Source: Vitrella brassicaformis CCMP3155 | Taxonomy: Eukaryota > Protista > Chromerida | Reading direction: 5' to 3' | Assembly: GCA_001179505.1 (NCBI GenBank) | Contig: CDMY01000270.1 | Span: 77,069 to 141,068, forward strand | DNA: 64,000 bases | In this document: positions 12,794-23,664 of the stretch, one piece after another | How the letters are laid out: each line of letters begins with the position of its first letter | Position numbering within the stretch: position 1 is the first letter of the stretch | The notes under the pieces: generated by a model | The model's input: the letters and a program-made list of their open reading frames with translations, nothing else | Databases searched by the model: none | Told to the model about the DNA's origin: nothing | Position numbers and translations under genes: made by a program

Positions 12794-13888
12794 ATGATGG
12801 GTTATTCTGACGTGGTTGAGGCGTGTCTAAGCAAGTGGGGCAGCTGCTGCATCAACACGTTCATCAGCCTCACCGTCCATCGCACCGCGCCGCCCTTGAC
12901 GTCCCAAGACGACTCGTGCCTCAAGACCTCTTCCCTGGCCGGCCTCTGCTGCACAACAGACGCCCTCCTCTTCAGAGTCAAACCCATCGCCGCCACAGAT
13001 CGGCTCAATTGCAAAAATGGCGACTGCACCGACCCGCCCGAAAGACCGAAGCAGCCGCGGGCCTCTTTCCATCGCAAGATGAAGAGCAAACACCACAACA
13101 AGGCCGCGGCCAGGAGGACATCATTCATCACGGCTTCACACATGCTCGATGACAACAACCACAAGCAGGAGCAGCAGCAGCAGACGCCGGCGGCCAGCAA
13201 CACGGCCGCATCCGCACTCACGCCCTCTCCATCGCCCCACACGCCCCGTTCGCTCAAGTCGTCGCCTCAGCCGTTCGCCCCCTCCCTCCTCTCCTTCTGC
13301 TCGCCGCGCTCCCCGCCGTGCAGCACACCCAACAACACACCTGCAGCCGGCATCTCCACCAAGAGGCTCCTGTCGGCGTCGGGCGGCGGGCGGTTCGGTG
13401 CGGGCGATGGTCAGGGGGATGGGAGCGACTCGGACGGAGGCAGTGATGACAGCATTGTGGCGCCAACGCCCATACCCAGTTCGGTGCCTCAGCTCGTGTC
13501 GAGCCGGCCGACGGTGGGCAGGGACAAGGGCGTCATCAGCCGCGGGCGGTTCGTGGTGGTGGAGGGCAGTGAGCATCGCATCTGTGGGCGGGGGGGCGGC
13601 AGCACGGGGGTGCGACAGGTGAGAATACCCATGACATAGACACACACATTTTCTTCATATGTATGTGTGTCTTGTGTTGTTTATGTGTGTGTGTGGAAGG
13701 CGTTTGAGGATTGCGAGCGTGACTGTGAGGAGGAGGCCCTGTCCGTGTGGCAGACCCACCAGCACAAAGGCAACAACATCCAAGGCAACTCAGGTGCCCT
13801 CAGGACGATGGCAAGGCGATGAATGTGTTCGTGTCTCGTCTATAATCTCTGTCAGGTTCTGTCGTCCCGTCTTCCTTTGGGTTTGGCT
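12794..13888 (+). CDS. Hypothetical S/P-rich protein, cassette copy P1 (truncated at gap)
   Basis: ~275-codon first exon MMGYSDVV..GVRQ ending at the donor gtgaga, then exon AFEDCERDCEEEALSVW. It starts 76 nt from the copy B ATG in divergent orientation. No recognisable domain. Confidence 0.5.
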
Positions 13889-14188
13889 NNNNNNNNNNNN
13901 NNNNNNNNNNNNNNNNNNNNNNNNNNNNNNNNNNNNNNNNNNNNNNNNNNNNNNNNNNNNNNNNNNNNNNNNNNNNNNNNNNNNNNNNNNNNNNNNNNNN
14001 NNNNNNNNNNNNNNNNNNNNNNNNNNNNNNNNNNNNNNNNNNNNNNNNNNNNNNNNNNNNNNNNNNNNNNNNNNNNNNNNNNNNNNNNNNNNNNNNNNNN
14101 NNNNNNNNNNNNNNNNNNNNNNNNNNNNNNNNNNNNNNNNNNNNNNNNNNNNNNNNNNNNNNNNNNNNNNNNNNNNNNNNNNNNNNNN
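13889..14188. other. Scaffold gap (300 N)
   Basis: N run. Confidence 1.
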
Positions 14189-14824
14189 GGGAGGGGCGGG
14201 TTGATGTCCAGCTCGAAGCCCGGCTCGTCCTTGATGGCACGCACACCGCCGCCCGGCTGGTCGAACAGCTCGAAACGACCCAACTGGCCGCCGAAGGTGA
14301 CGTGTCTGCCGACCATCTTCCACAGCGCAATCACACGCACATCCGCCAAATAAGCCTACACACGACAGACAGACAGACAGACCGATGAGTGCCCCCGCCC
14401 CGCCCCACGCCCATCTGCCCACCTGTTTGCTATCGTGACGCTGCATGTCGGCCACAGCCAGTGTGATGGGCAGCTGACAGAAGCCGCGCTGCGCCGCCAC
14501 CTTCAGCGCATTGGTCACCTCGGTCCACTGCTGTGTGTCCACCAGCCAGATGGCCTTCAACACGAGCTTGGTCTCCAGCTGCAAATCGAATGCGATGATG
14601 CCGTCGAGCTGTTTGGCCGCCAGGCAGCGCCCCAGCCGATTGCGGAGGACGGCGGCCGAGAAGTCTATCTGCGATAGGAAGGCGGCCGTGCATCTGAGTA
14701 TGCCGACGTCCTTGAGGGTGTGGATGGCATCCCGCCCCAGGCTGTGGATGAAATCGATGGCCTTGTTCGCCCTGGCCGGCGGGACGGCCTGTCGGCTGCT
14801 GGGCACCGTCACGTCATTCCCCAT
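14189..14824 (-). CDS. Copy C: 5' part of the lineage-specific+TPR gene (starts MGNDVT), truncated at gap; probably the missing 5' half of copy A
   Basis: Highly similar to the copy B exons (AIDFIHSLGRDAIHTL..; ALWKMVGRHVTFGGQLGRFELFDQP). It ends at the same G-rich INPPLPP site where copy A stops. Confidence 0.65.
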
Positions 14825-14904
14825 TGGCTATCCCATCAGCGAGGCGCGTAAATTCGCTGCCGCGTTTACAGAAGGGTCGTCGGGGAGTTTCAGGTTTTCT
14901 CGGC

Positions 14905-15998
14905 ATGGGTTATTCTGACGTGGTTGAGGCGTGTTTAAGCAAGTGGGGCAGCTGCTGTACCAACACGTTCATCAGCCTCACCATCCATCGCACCGCGCCG
15001 CCCTTGACGTCCCAAGATGACTCGTGCCTCAAGACCTCCCCCCTGGCCGGCCTCTGCTGCACAACAGACGCCCTCCTCTTCAGAGTCAAACCCATCGCCG
15101 CCGCAGATCGGCTCAATTGCAAGAATGCCGACCGCACCGACCCGCCCGAGAAACCGAAGCAGCCGCGGGCCTCTTCCCATCGCAAGATGAAGAGCAAGCA
15201 CCACAACAAGGCCGCGGCCAGGAGGACATCACTCATCACGGCTTCACACATGCTCGATGACAACAACCACAAGCAGGAGCAGCAGCAGCAGACGCCGGCG
15301 GCCAGCAACACGGCCGCATCCGCACTCACGCCCTCTCCATCGCCCCACACGCCCCGTTCGCTCAAGTCGTCGCCTCAGCCGTTCGCCCCCTCCCTCCTCT
15401 CCTTCTGCTCGCCGCGCTCCCCGCCGTGCAGCACACCCAACAACACACCTGCAGCCGGCATCTCCACCAAGAGGCTCCTGTCGGCGTCGGGCGGCGGGCG
15501 GTTCGGTGCGGGCGATGGTCAGGGGGATGGGAGCGAATCGGACGGAGGCAGTGATGACAGCATTGTGGCGCCAACGCCCATACCCAGCTCGGTGCCTCAG
15601 CTCGTGTCGAGCCGGCCGACGGTGGGCAGGGACAAGGGCGTCATCAGCCGCGGGCGGTTCGTGGTGGTGGAGGGCAGTGAGCATCGCATCTGTGGGCGGG
15701 GGGGCGGCAGCACGGGGGTGCGACAGGTGAGAATACCCATGACATAGACACACACACATTCTTCATATGTGTGTGTCTGTGCCTTGTGTTGTGGTGCGTG
15801 TGTGTGCGGAAGGCGTTTGAGGATTGCGAGCGTGACTGTGAGGAGGAGGCACTGTCCGTGTGGCAGACCCACCAGCACAAAGGCAACAACACCCAAGGCA
15901 GCTCAGGTGCCCTCAGGACGATGGCAAGGCGATGAATGTGTTCGTGTCTCGTCTATAATCTCTGTCAGGTTCTGTCGTCCCGTCTTCGTTTGGGTATG
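14905..15998 (+). CDS. Hypothetical S/P-rich protein, cassette copy P2 (diverged variant, truncated at gap)
   Basis: Same exon structure as P1 with scattered substitutions (e.g. KNADRTDPPEK vs KNGDCTDPPER). Confidence 0.5.
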
Positions 15999-16298
15999 NN
16001 NNNNNNNNNNNNNNNNNNNNNNNNNNNNNNNNNNNNNNNNNNNNNNNNNNNNNNNNNNNNNNNNNNNNNNNNNNNNNNNNNNNNNNNNNNNNNNNNNNNN
16101 NNNNNNNNNNNNNNNNNNNNNNNNNNNNNNNNNNNNNNNNNNNNNNNNNNNNNNNNNNNNNNNNNNNNNNNNNNNNNNNNNNNNNNNNNNNNNNNNNNNN
16201 NNNNNNNNNNNNNNNNNNNNNNNNNNNNNNNNNNNNNNNNNNNNNNNNNNNNNNNNNNNNNNNNNNNNNNNNNNNNNNNNNNNNNNNNNNNNNNNNNN
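15999..16298. other. Scaffold gap (300 N)
   Basis: N run. Confidence 1.
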
Positions 16299-17517
16299 AC
16301 AGACGCCCTCCTCTTCAGAGTCAAACCCATCGCCGCCACAGATCGGCTCAATTGCAAAAATGGCGACTGCACCGACCCGCCCGAAAGACCGAAGCAGCCG
16401 CGGGCCTCTTTCCATCGCAAGATGAAGAGCAAACACCACAACAAGGCCGCGGCCAGGAGGACATCATTCATCACGGCTTCACACATGCTCGATGACAACA
16501 ACCACAAGCAGGAGCAGCAGCAGCAGACGCCGGCGGCCAGCAACACGGCCGCATCCGCACTCACGCCCTCTCCATCGCCCCACACGCCCCGTTCGCTCAA
16601 GTCGTCGCCTCAGCCGTTCGCCCCCTCCCTCCTCTCCTTCTGCTCGCCGCGCTCCCCGCCGTGCAGCACACCCAACAACACACCTGCAGCCGGCATCTCC
16701 ACCAAGAGGCTCCTGTCGGCGTCGGGCGGCGGGCGGTTCGGTGCGGGCGATGGTCAGGGGGATGGGAGCGACTCGGACGGAGGCAGTGATGACAGCATTG
16801 TGGCGCCAACGCCCATACCCAGTTCGGTGCCTCAGCTCGTGTCGAGCCGGCCGACGGTGGGCAGGGACAAGGGCGTCATCAGCCGCGGGCGGTTCGTGGT
16901 GGTGGAGGGCAGTGAGCATCGCATCTGTGGGCGGGGGGGCGGCAGCACGGGGGTGCGACAGGTGAGAATACCCATGACATAGACACACACATTTTCTTCA
17001 TATGTATGTGTGTCTTGTGTTGTTTATGTGTGTGTGTGGAAGGCGTTTGAGGATTGCGAGCGTGACTGTGAGGAGGAGGCCCTGTCCGTGTGGCAGACCC
17101 ACCAGCACAAAGGCAACAACATCCAAGGCAACTCAGGTGCCCTCAGGACGATGGCAAGGCGATGAATGTGTTCGTGTCTCGTCTATAATCTCTGTCAGGT
17201 TCTGTCGTCCCGTCTTCCTTTGGGTTTGGCTGTGTTGGGTTTGGCGAGAGCCCAATAATCACACCCACCAGTGGCCACAAACAGCACGGGTACAACAACA
17301 TGCCGACATAAGAAGACAAGAAGGCAACACCACACACACATTTCATTTGTGTCTCCTTTGTGCAGTGCCGCGTATAATCTGTTTGCTAACGGCCCCTCCA
17401 ACCACACACACAGCGCAGGGTGGGCGCAGGACACAGCACACACACCTCCACACACACACCTGCCGGCGTCCCCTCTCAGGTACTTTCGTCGTTTCAAGAC
17501 CAGCAAGGCCTCGCTAG
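16299..17517 (+). CDS. Hypothetical S/P-rich protein, cassette copy P3 (5' truncated by gap; 3' end uncertain)
   Basis: 16299-17231 matches 12956-13888 at every position compared. It continues into a putative last exon at 17480 (GTFVVSRPARPR*). Confidence 0.5.
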
Positions 17518-18312
17518 AAGCCGCCCCACCACACACCCACTCGCAGCCCCACCCCCCTCTCCAGCCCCCCGCCAGGCCGCACCCCACCCACACCTGCCGC
17601 CGCACCACTCACCCAAGAAGAACCGACACACTCAGTACCGTCCAAGCAACGGCCAAGACAATAGCAACATCAGCAGCAACACACTGTGAGATGAGACACG
17701 CAGGGAGACGGGCAAAGGGAAGAGGGAGTGGGTGCAGCAGGGTGGACTGTCGTGGGTGTCGGTCCGTACCTGCGTGTCTGTGTCCATGTGTGCGTGAGGT
17801 CGAATGCATGAGTTTGTTGTCGTGAGGGACGGGGCATTTTTGCCGTGTCGATACCCACTATCGGCACGCTCTCCCTCTCTGACAGAAGGTCTCCCCCATG
17901 TGTGCGTGATTGCATGTATGCCGGTTTGTGTCCAAGAGAGGGGTCTTGGTTGTGCGGGGGGGTTGGCGACACACTCACCACCCATCCATCCATCCAGCCA
18001 GCTAGCCAGCCCGCCAGCCAGTCGACTGAGCAGTGCAGTGCAGTGGGACTGTTGCGCGTGGACGTGTACCAAATGAAATCAATTCACACATACCCACCTA
18101 CCGTCTCTTGTCCCAGTGTCGCTTCGCTCACGCAGGCCAACGACAAATAGGCACTCTCGTGGTCTCTCTCCCGCTCCCCCCCTCTCTCTCTCTCTCTGCA
18201 TCAATGGCCACGGCCGGCAGGAAAGTACCAGTAGGCACATATCATGACGCGGCCGACGCGGTCAACGAGAGAGAAAAATCCACACGCACCCACACTTCTC
18301 CTTCCAGCCTGT

Positions 18313-21171
18313 TCACTTTTTGATGCCCCTGGTTTTCTTGAGCTTCCTGACGTCCTTCTTGAGGAACTCCACTATCGCAGCCTCTGACGTCTCCTTAACC
18401 GTCACGTCCCTGCCCAAACAACTCCGAAGGGCACGCACCTGTGTAGACCAACCACACGTATACACACAGGCACACGCGATGAGGCGAAGAGTCACTGTGT
18501 GTGAGGGAGCGTGTGTGGGTTGTGTGGTGTGGGTGGTGTGGTGTGGTGTTCGTGTCCCCCCCTTCCCCCCACGTCACATACGCACCCGTGTGTATGGCCA
18601 GTCCTCGGCCACAATGTCGACTCCGCCCTCCTTGTTGGGCGGCGGCTGGGGGCGGGACCAATCGGAATCCGACACAGGCTGGCAGACGCGCGCGCAGAGA
18701 GAGAGAGAGAGAGACCCAGTCAGTGAACACACACTTGGAGGGTATGTATGGTACCTACCCACCTCTTCATAGTAGTCGTCATCGACCCTCGGCCGTCGTG
18801 GGTTGAACTGCAGCCTGACCCCTCCGGGCAGCGACCGGATGGCCACCGGTGTGGTCAGGTGCTTGTAGTACTGTCCCTCACGCAGCCACAGCCGCGCCCA
18901 GTCCTTGAGGAAGTTGACGACGTGCACCACGGGCATGCCCTGAATCGACTCGCGATACAGCTCGGGGCCGTCCAGCTTGATAAAGGCATCGTCCCACTCC
19001 TGTGGGAGTGAGTCAACACGACCAACAGACAGGCAAGCGGATGGATGGATGGCTGGATGAGGCACGCAATCGTCCCCCTCCCTCCCTGTCGTTCAATCAT
19101 TTCCTGGCTAGTCTACCCATTCTTGTGGGAAGTCCTTGCCCGGTGCGCTCGCGAGACTCATCGTGGCATTGTAGGCCACTCGCTGCATTGAATGCATTGT
19201 AGGCATTCACCCATCACACCCACAGAATACAGTGAGCTCTTGGCTGACTGGCTGGCTGGCTGGGTGCACACACACCCACTTGTTTCGTACCTTACCTGGT
19301 GCACACACCTGACGAGGCACTGTGCGGCGGCCTCCTGTGTGGTCATGGCGTCCAGAGGGATGGAGGGGGAGTCACCCGCCTCGAACCGAATGCCCGCCAT
19401 CTCACCCTATGGACCCGATCCACAAAGGGCAATTAATGTTGGTCGTTTGCTGGGCTGGCGTGTGTCCGCCGCCGTGGCCTCCCGTTCTTTCATTGTACCG
19501 ACCGCCAGGGGTTCCAGCTTGCCGACGCGGACAAAGGAGTAGTCGAGTCCCCTCTTGTTGCTCTGCTGGATGATGCTCTCCTCCACCCGCCGCTTGTCGT
19601 CCAAATCTGAACAATCCAATCCAATCCATGTGTGTGGCTCACATCGTGTCGGCGCGTGGGTGGGTGTGGCTGTCCACTGAGTGAGTCAGTGCTCATACCG
19701 GTGAACATGCCGATGAGACCCCCTCGGTCACGCCTGTCGATGCCCAAAGGCGACAACAATATCACGTGCTCCAGGCTCGGACTGTTGGCCAGCCTGATAG
19801 ACAGACAGAGACAACAAAACGGGGCGGGCGGGCGGGCGGGCCTCAACGTACGTCTTCATCTGTTGGTTGATGTGCACAGAGCAGACCTGTGATGCGTACG
19901 TACCATTTTTCGACGTTGATGGAGTCGACCCTGAAGGTGGAGTCGTCTCCCGAGCCGAAGAGGTCCAGCATGCCGCCGCCAGACTTGGACTTCTTGGACG
20001 GATCCACACATATGATCATCACCTGGACAGACAGACAGACAGACACACAGACAGACAGACAGACAGACACAAGACCAACCACACACATACGCAATCGAGC
20101 AGCTGTCTGCCTGTCTGTCTGGACCGACCTGAGTGGACCTCAGCTTCGAGTACACGGTCTCGGCGCCTATATGATACAGGCAGCAAGCATCATACGCACA
20201 GCCAGAACCGTGCCCTCCTGCTTGTCCCTCCGTGACTGACCGTTCTGCTTGGCCGTGTTGGGTTCGCTGCCATCGATGACGTTGACGTTGAATCCCTGCT
20301 TCTCGAGGTCGCGCTGCACCAGGTCCTTGATGCGACTCAACCCACCACTCACCTGACCCACACACACCATAGCGTGACGCAGCCATCCATCCAAACATCC
20401 AGACATTGTCTGTCTGTCCGTCCATCAGGCAGCGGTGTTGCCTGCCCCACCGCACCAGTGTGACGTATTCGATTCGGTCTCGTCTCCGTTTTGTGAACTC
20501 CCTGTCGCCCGCCAGGCCGATGCTAATATCGCTGTCGCCGACGCTGATGCCCCCGCCCTGCTGGTAACGACCCATCGCCTGACACACATACATGATATCG
20601 ACGAATGACACGCACGACAGAGAGAACCGCTTGCATTGGAGGGTATCGCATCCGTGGCATCTCACTCTCTGTCTTACCGTCTTGAAATCCTCCTCGAAAT
20701 CATCAACCACCTTCCGCACTTTGCGGCTGCAAAGAGCAACGGCACATCCAGCCATCCAGCCATCCATCCATCCATCCATCCATCCACTGCTCACACATGC
20801 CTCTCTCTCTCCACCTCACCGACCTGGATTCAGGGACCTTTGTGGGGTCTTTCGGCTTGCCAGCCTCCAGGATCCCGAACGGGTCGTCGGGGTCCATCGA
20901 TGCGCCAAGCCGCCACCCGCCCTCCTCCTCACCCTCCTCATCATCTCTGCCCCTCTCCCTCTCCCTCCTGGACCACACCGCCACCTGACTCAAGCCCGCC
21001 CTCCTCATCGACCGTCTCAGTGACTGTGCCAGCGGATGGTGTAATGAAAGATGGCCGTGATGGACGAACAAAGGGGAGTGTGACGGCGTCGGCTCCTGCC
21101 TGGCGGAGAGCGCGCCCACACTGCTGCTGACAAACAGGAGGGCTGATGATACCAGGAAAGTCATGGTCATG
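18313..21171 (-). CDS. Atypical SDR / NAD(P)-binding (NAD_binding_10, Tic62-like) protein with bipartite plastid-type presequence; multi-exon
   Basis: N-terminus MTMTFLVSSALLFVSSSVGA-LSAR (signal-like) followed by an S/H/R-rich transit-like region. Later exons read VDSINVEK..LANSPSLEHVILLSPLGIDRR..LDDKRRVEESIIQQ..LDYSFVRVGKL, typical of the atypical SDR core. An extra C-terminal domain ends RGIKK*. Confidence 0.62.
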
Positions 21172-21410
21172 CTGGCAGGCGTGAACGGAAGAATGTTGGG
21201 TGCGCTGGCCGCTAAGTAGTGCGAGGTGGAGCGGCTGCAGCACGGCAGGTCGCTGAGGAGGCGCTGCGATGAGTTGGCGCAGATCTCTGAGGCCGAAATG
21301 GGAGATGAACACAAAGTCAAAAATGGAAGCCGCGGATCTCGGCAATGGTTCCCGCTGCTCTTGCGTCCTTGCCGCTAGCGTATTGAGTGTGTCCAGAGCC
21401 CCAGATCTTT

Positions 21411-21431
21411 TGCGAGCTTGGATTGCGAGCT
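21411..21431 (+). promoter_or_regulatory. Two direct copies of TGCGAGCT (SDR/RPL40 interval)
   Basis: Exact matches at 21411-21418 and 21424-21431. Confidence 0.5.
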
Positions 21432-21667
21432 CGGAGTCAAGATCGCAGCCGCTCCTCTACCCAAACTTACCCTTAACCACCTCCACTCTTGTCGAAAGGT
21501 CTCACGCGTCTTTCTCAAGTAAGGGGAGCCATCAGAAAGCCATCAGAGAGAAAAAGTGAGGCTCCGTGGGAGCGGAGAGTGTCTGTGCGTGGTTCTGGGT
21601 GTGTCTGGCTGTGGGCGGGGCGAGTGAGCGTTGGTGTGTGTCGTGGAAGTGACATAGAGAGCGCTAG

Positions 21668-22351
<684 letters not shown>

Positions 22352-22849
22352 ACCTTACACCCCTATTTGGGTGGGTGGCTGGTCGGCTGGTGGGCGTAGT
22401 CTTAGGGGCGGGAGGTGAGGTGCGGTGCAGTGCGATGCATTGCGGCTGTGTGAGCGAGAACTCTCATCGCTCATGCCGTGCCATCCGTGTGTTCCTGTCA
22501 TGTGTCTGTCTGCCTTTCACGGGACGCTTGTCTGATCCGTTAATCTGAATGTCTTCGTGCTCGAATCTTGGGGTCCATCTCGCACGCTTGGCTCGTGTGG
22601 TGCCCTGGCACATGTGCCGCAAAAATGCCAAGAGAAGGTGACACAGGCATGACACCACACACACATAGCTCGCATGGACAAGACTCATCTGGACTAGGTA
22701 GACGCCACGCACTGTCCACAGGCCTGTCTGCAGAGAGAGGGATGGATCGCCTCATAGGCACACGACACACGAATGGGGTGGCTGCAAACGACGCACACGC
22801 ATCGATCGCACCCTTGCTTGCACCAATCAATCAACCAAGGACTACGTGA

Positions 22850-23640
22850 CCACAGACAGTCGGTCGAGAAATGACCAACTAGAAATCGAACGACCGACCG
22901 ACCATTTGGCTCGCCGAGTGGCTGCCTGCCTGCCTGCCTGGCTGGCTGGGGTTCGTTCGTTGGTTCCTTCGACAAAACAGCCAGTCAGTCAGCACAGGGA
23001 AACTTCAAGCCAGTCAGTCGGTGCGACGTGAGTGATATATATGAGATGTTATGTGAGATACGATACAGATGGGATGGCTGGAAGGGACGGGAGGGGAAAA
23101 AGACTGACTGCTCTTTCTTATCTTAAACACTTGTGACACGCACAGACAGACAGATGCATCCATCTCATGAGCACAACAAACTCACAACACGTGTGTGTCT
23201 CAGTCAGTCAGGACTACCTACCTTACCAACCAGTCAACCAACCAACCAACCAAACCAACCAACGGGAAAGACTCACTTGATAGGCGGACGGGGGAGGGAG
23301 GGAGGGAGATCAGCCAGACAGACAGAGAACCCACCGTCGCACACGCGGAAGGAGTGGTTTGGTGTTGTCAGGCGGTCACTCAGTCAGTTAGACATACAGA
23401 GGAACAGACGGACGTACGTGCGCACGCATACCCATGGCAAAAAGAGTCCGCTCACACACACACACGACACACGACGGCAACGCGTCACTTCTCAACCCGC
23501 ATCAGACAGACTAGACACACACACACACACGCACACACGCAGAGGCAGCAAACTTCCCCGCTTACACCTTTCTGTGTCTCCCCCTCCCTCCGTCCCTCCG
23601 TCCCTCCCTCCCTCCGTCCCTCCCTCACTCCGTCCCTCTC
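22850..23640. repeat. Simple-repeat-rich convergent intergenic region ((CCAA)n, (GGGA)n, (CA)n, (CCCT/CCGT)n, (GACA)n)
   Basis: Arrays are directly visible, e.g. 23225-23260, 23515-23540 and 23580-23640. Confidence 0.8.
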
Positions 23641-23664
23641 TGCGCCCCGCCCATGGTCAACTAC

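Noticed and set aside
13530-13565. GRFVVV in the P-type proteins as an RFxV (SPAK/OSR1 docking) motif
   Set aside because: A four-residue match in a hypothetical low-complexity protein, with no supporting context.
22667-22674. AGCTCGCA octamer downstream of RPL40
   Set aside because: It lies in a convergent 3' interval with no nearby start, so it is counted as a likely chance hit against the promoter hypothesis.
22850-23640. Repeat arrays as a possible CRISPR or telomere-like structure
   Set aside because: They are only 2-4 nt microsatellites of mixed types, with no repeat-spacer periodicity or telomeric unit.
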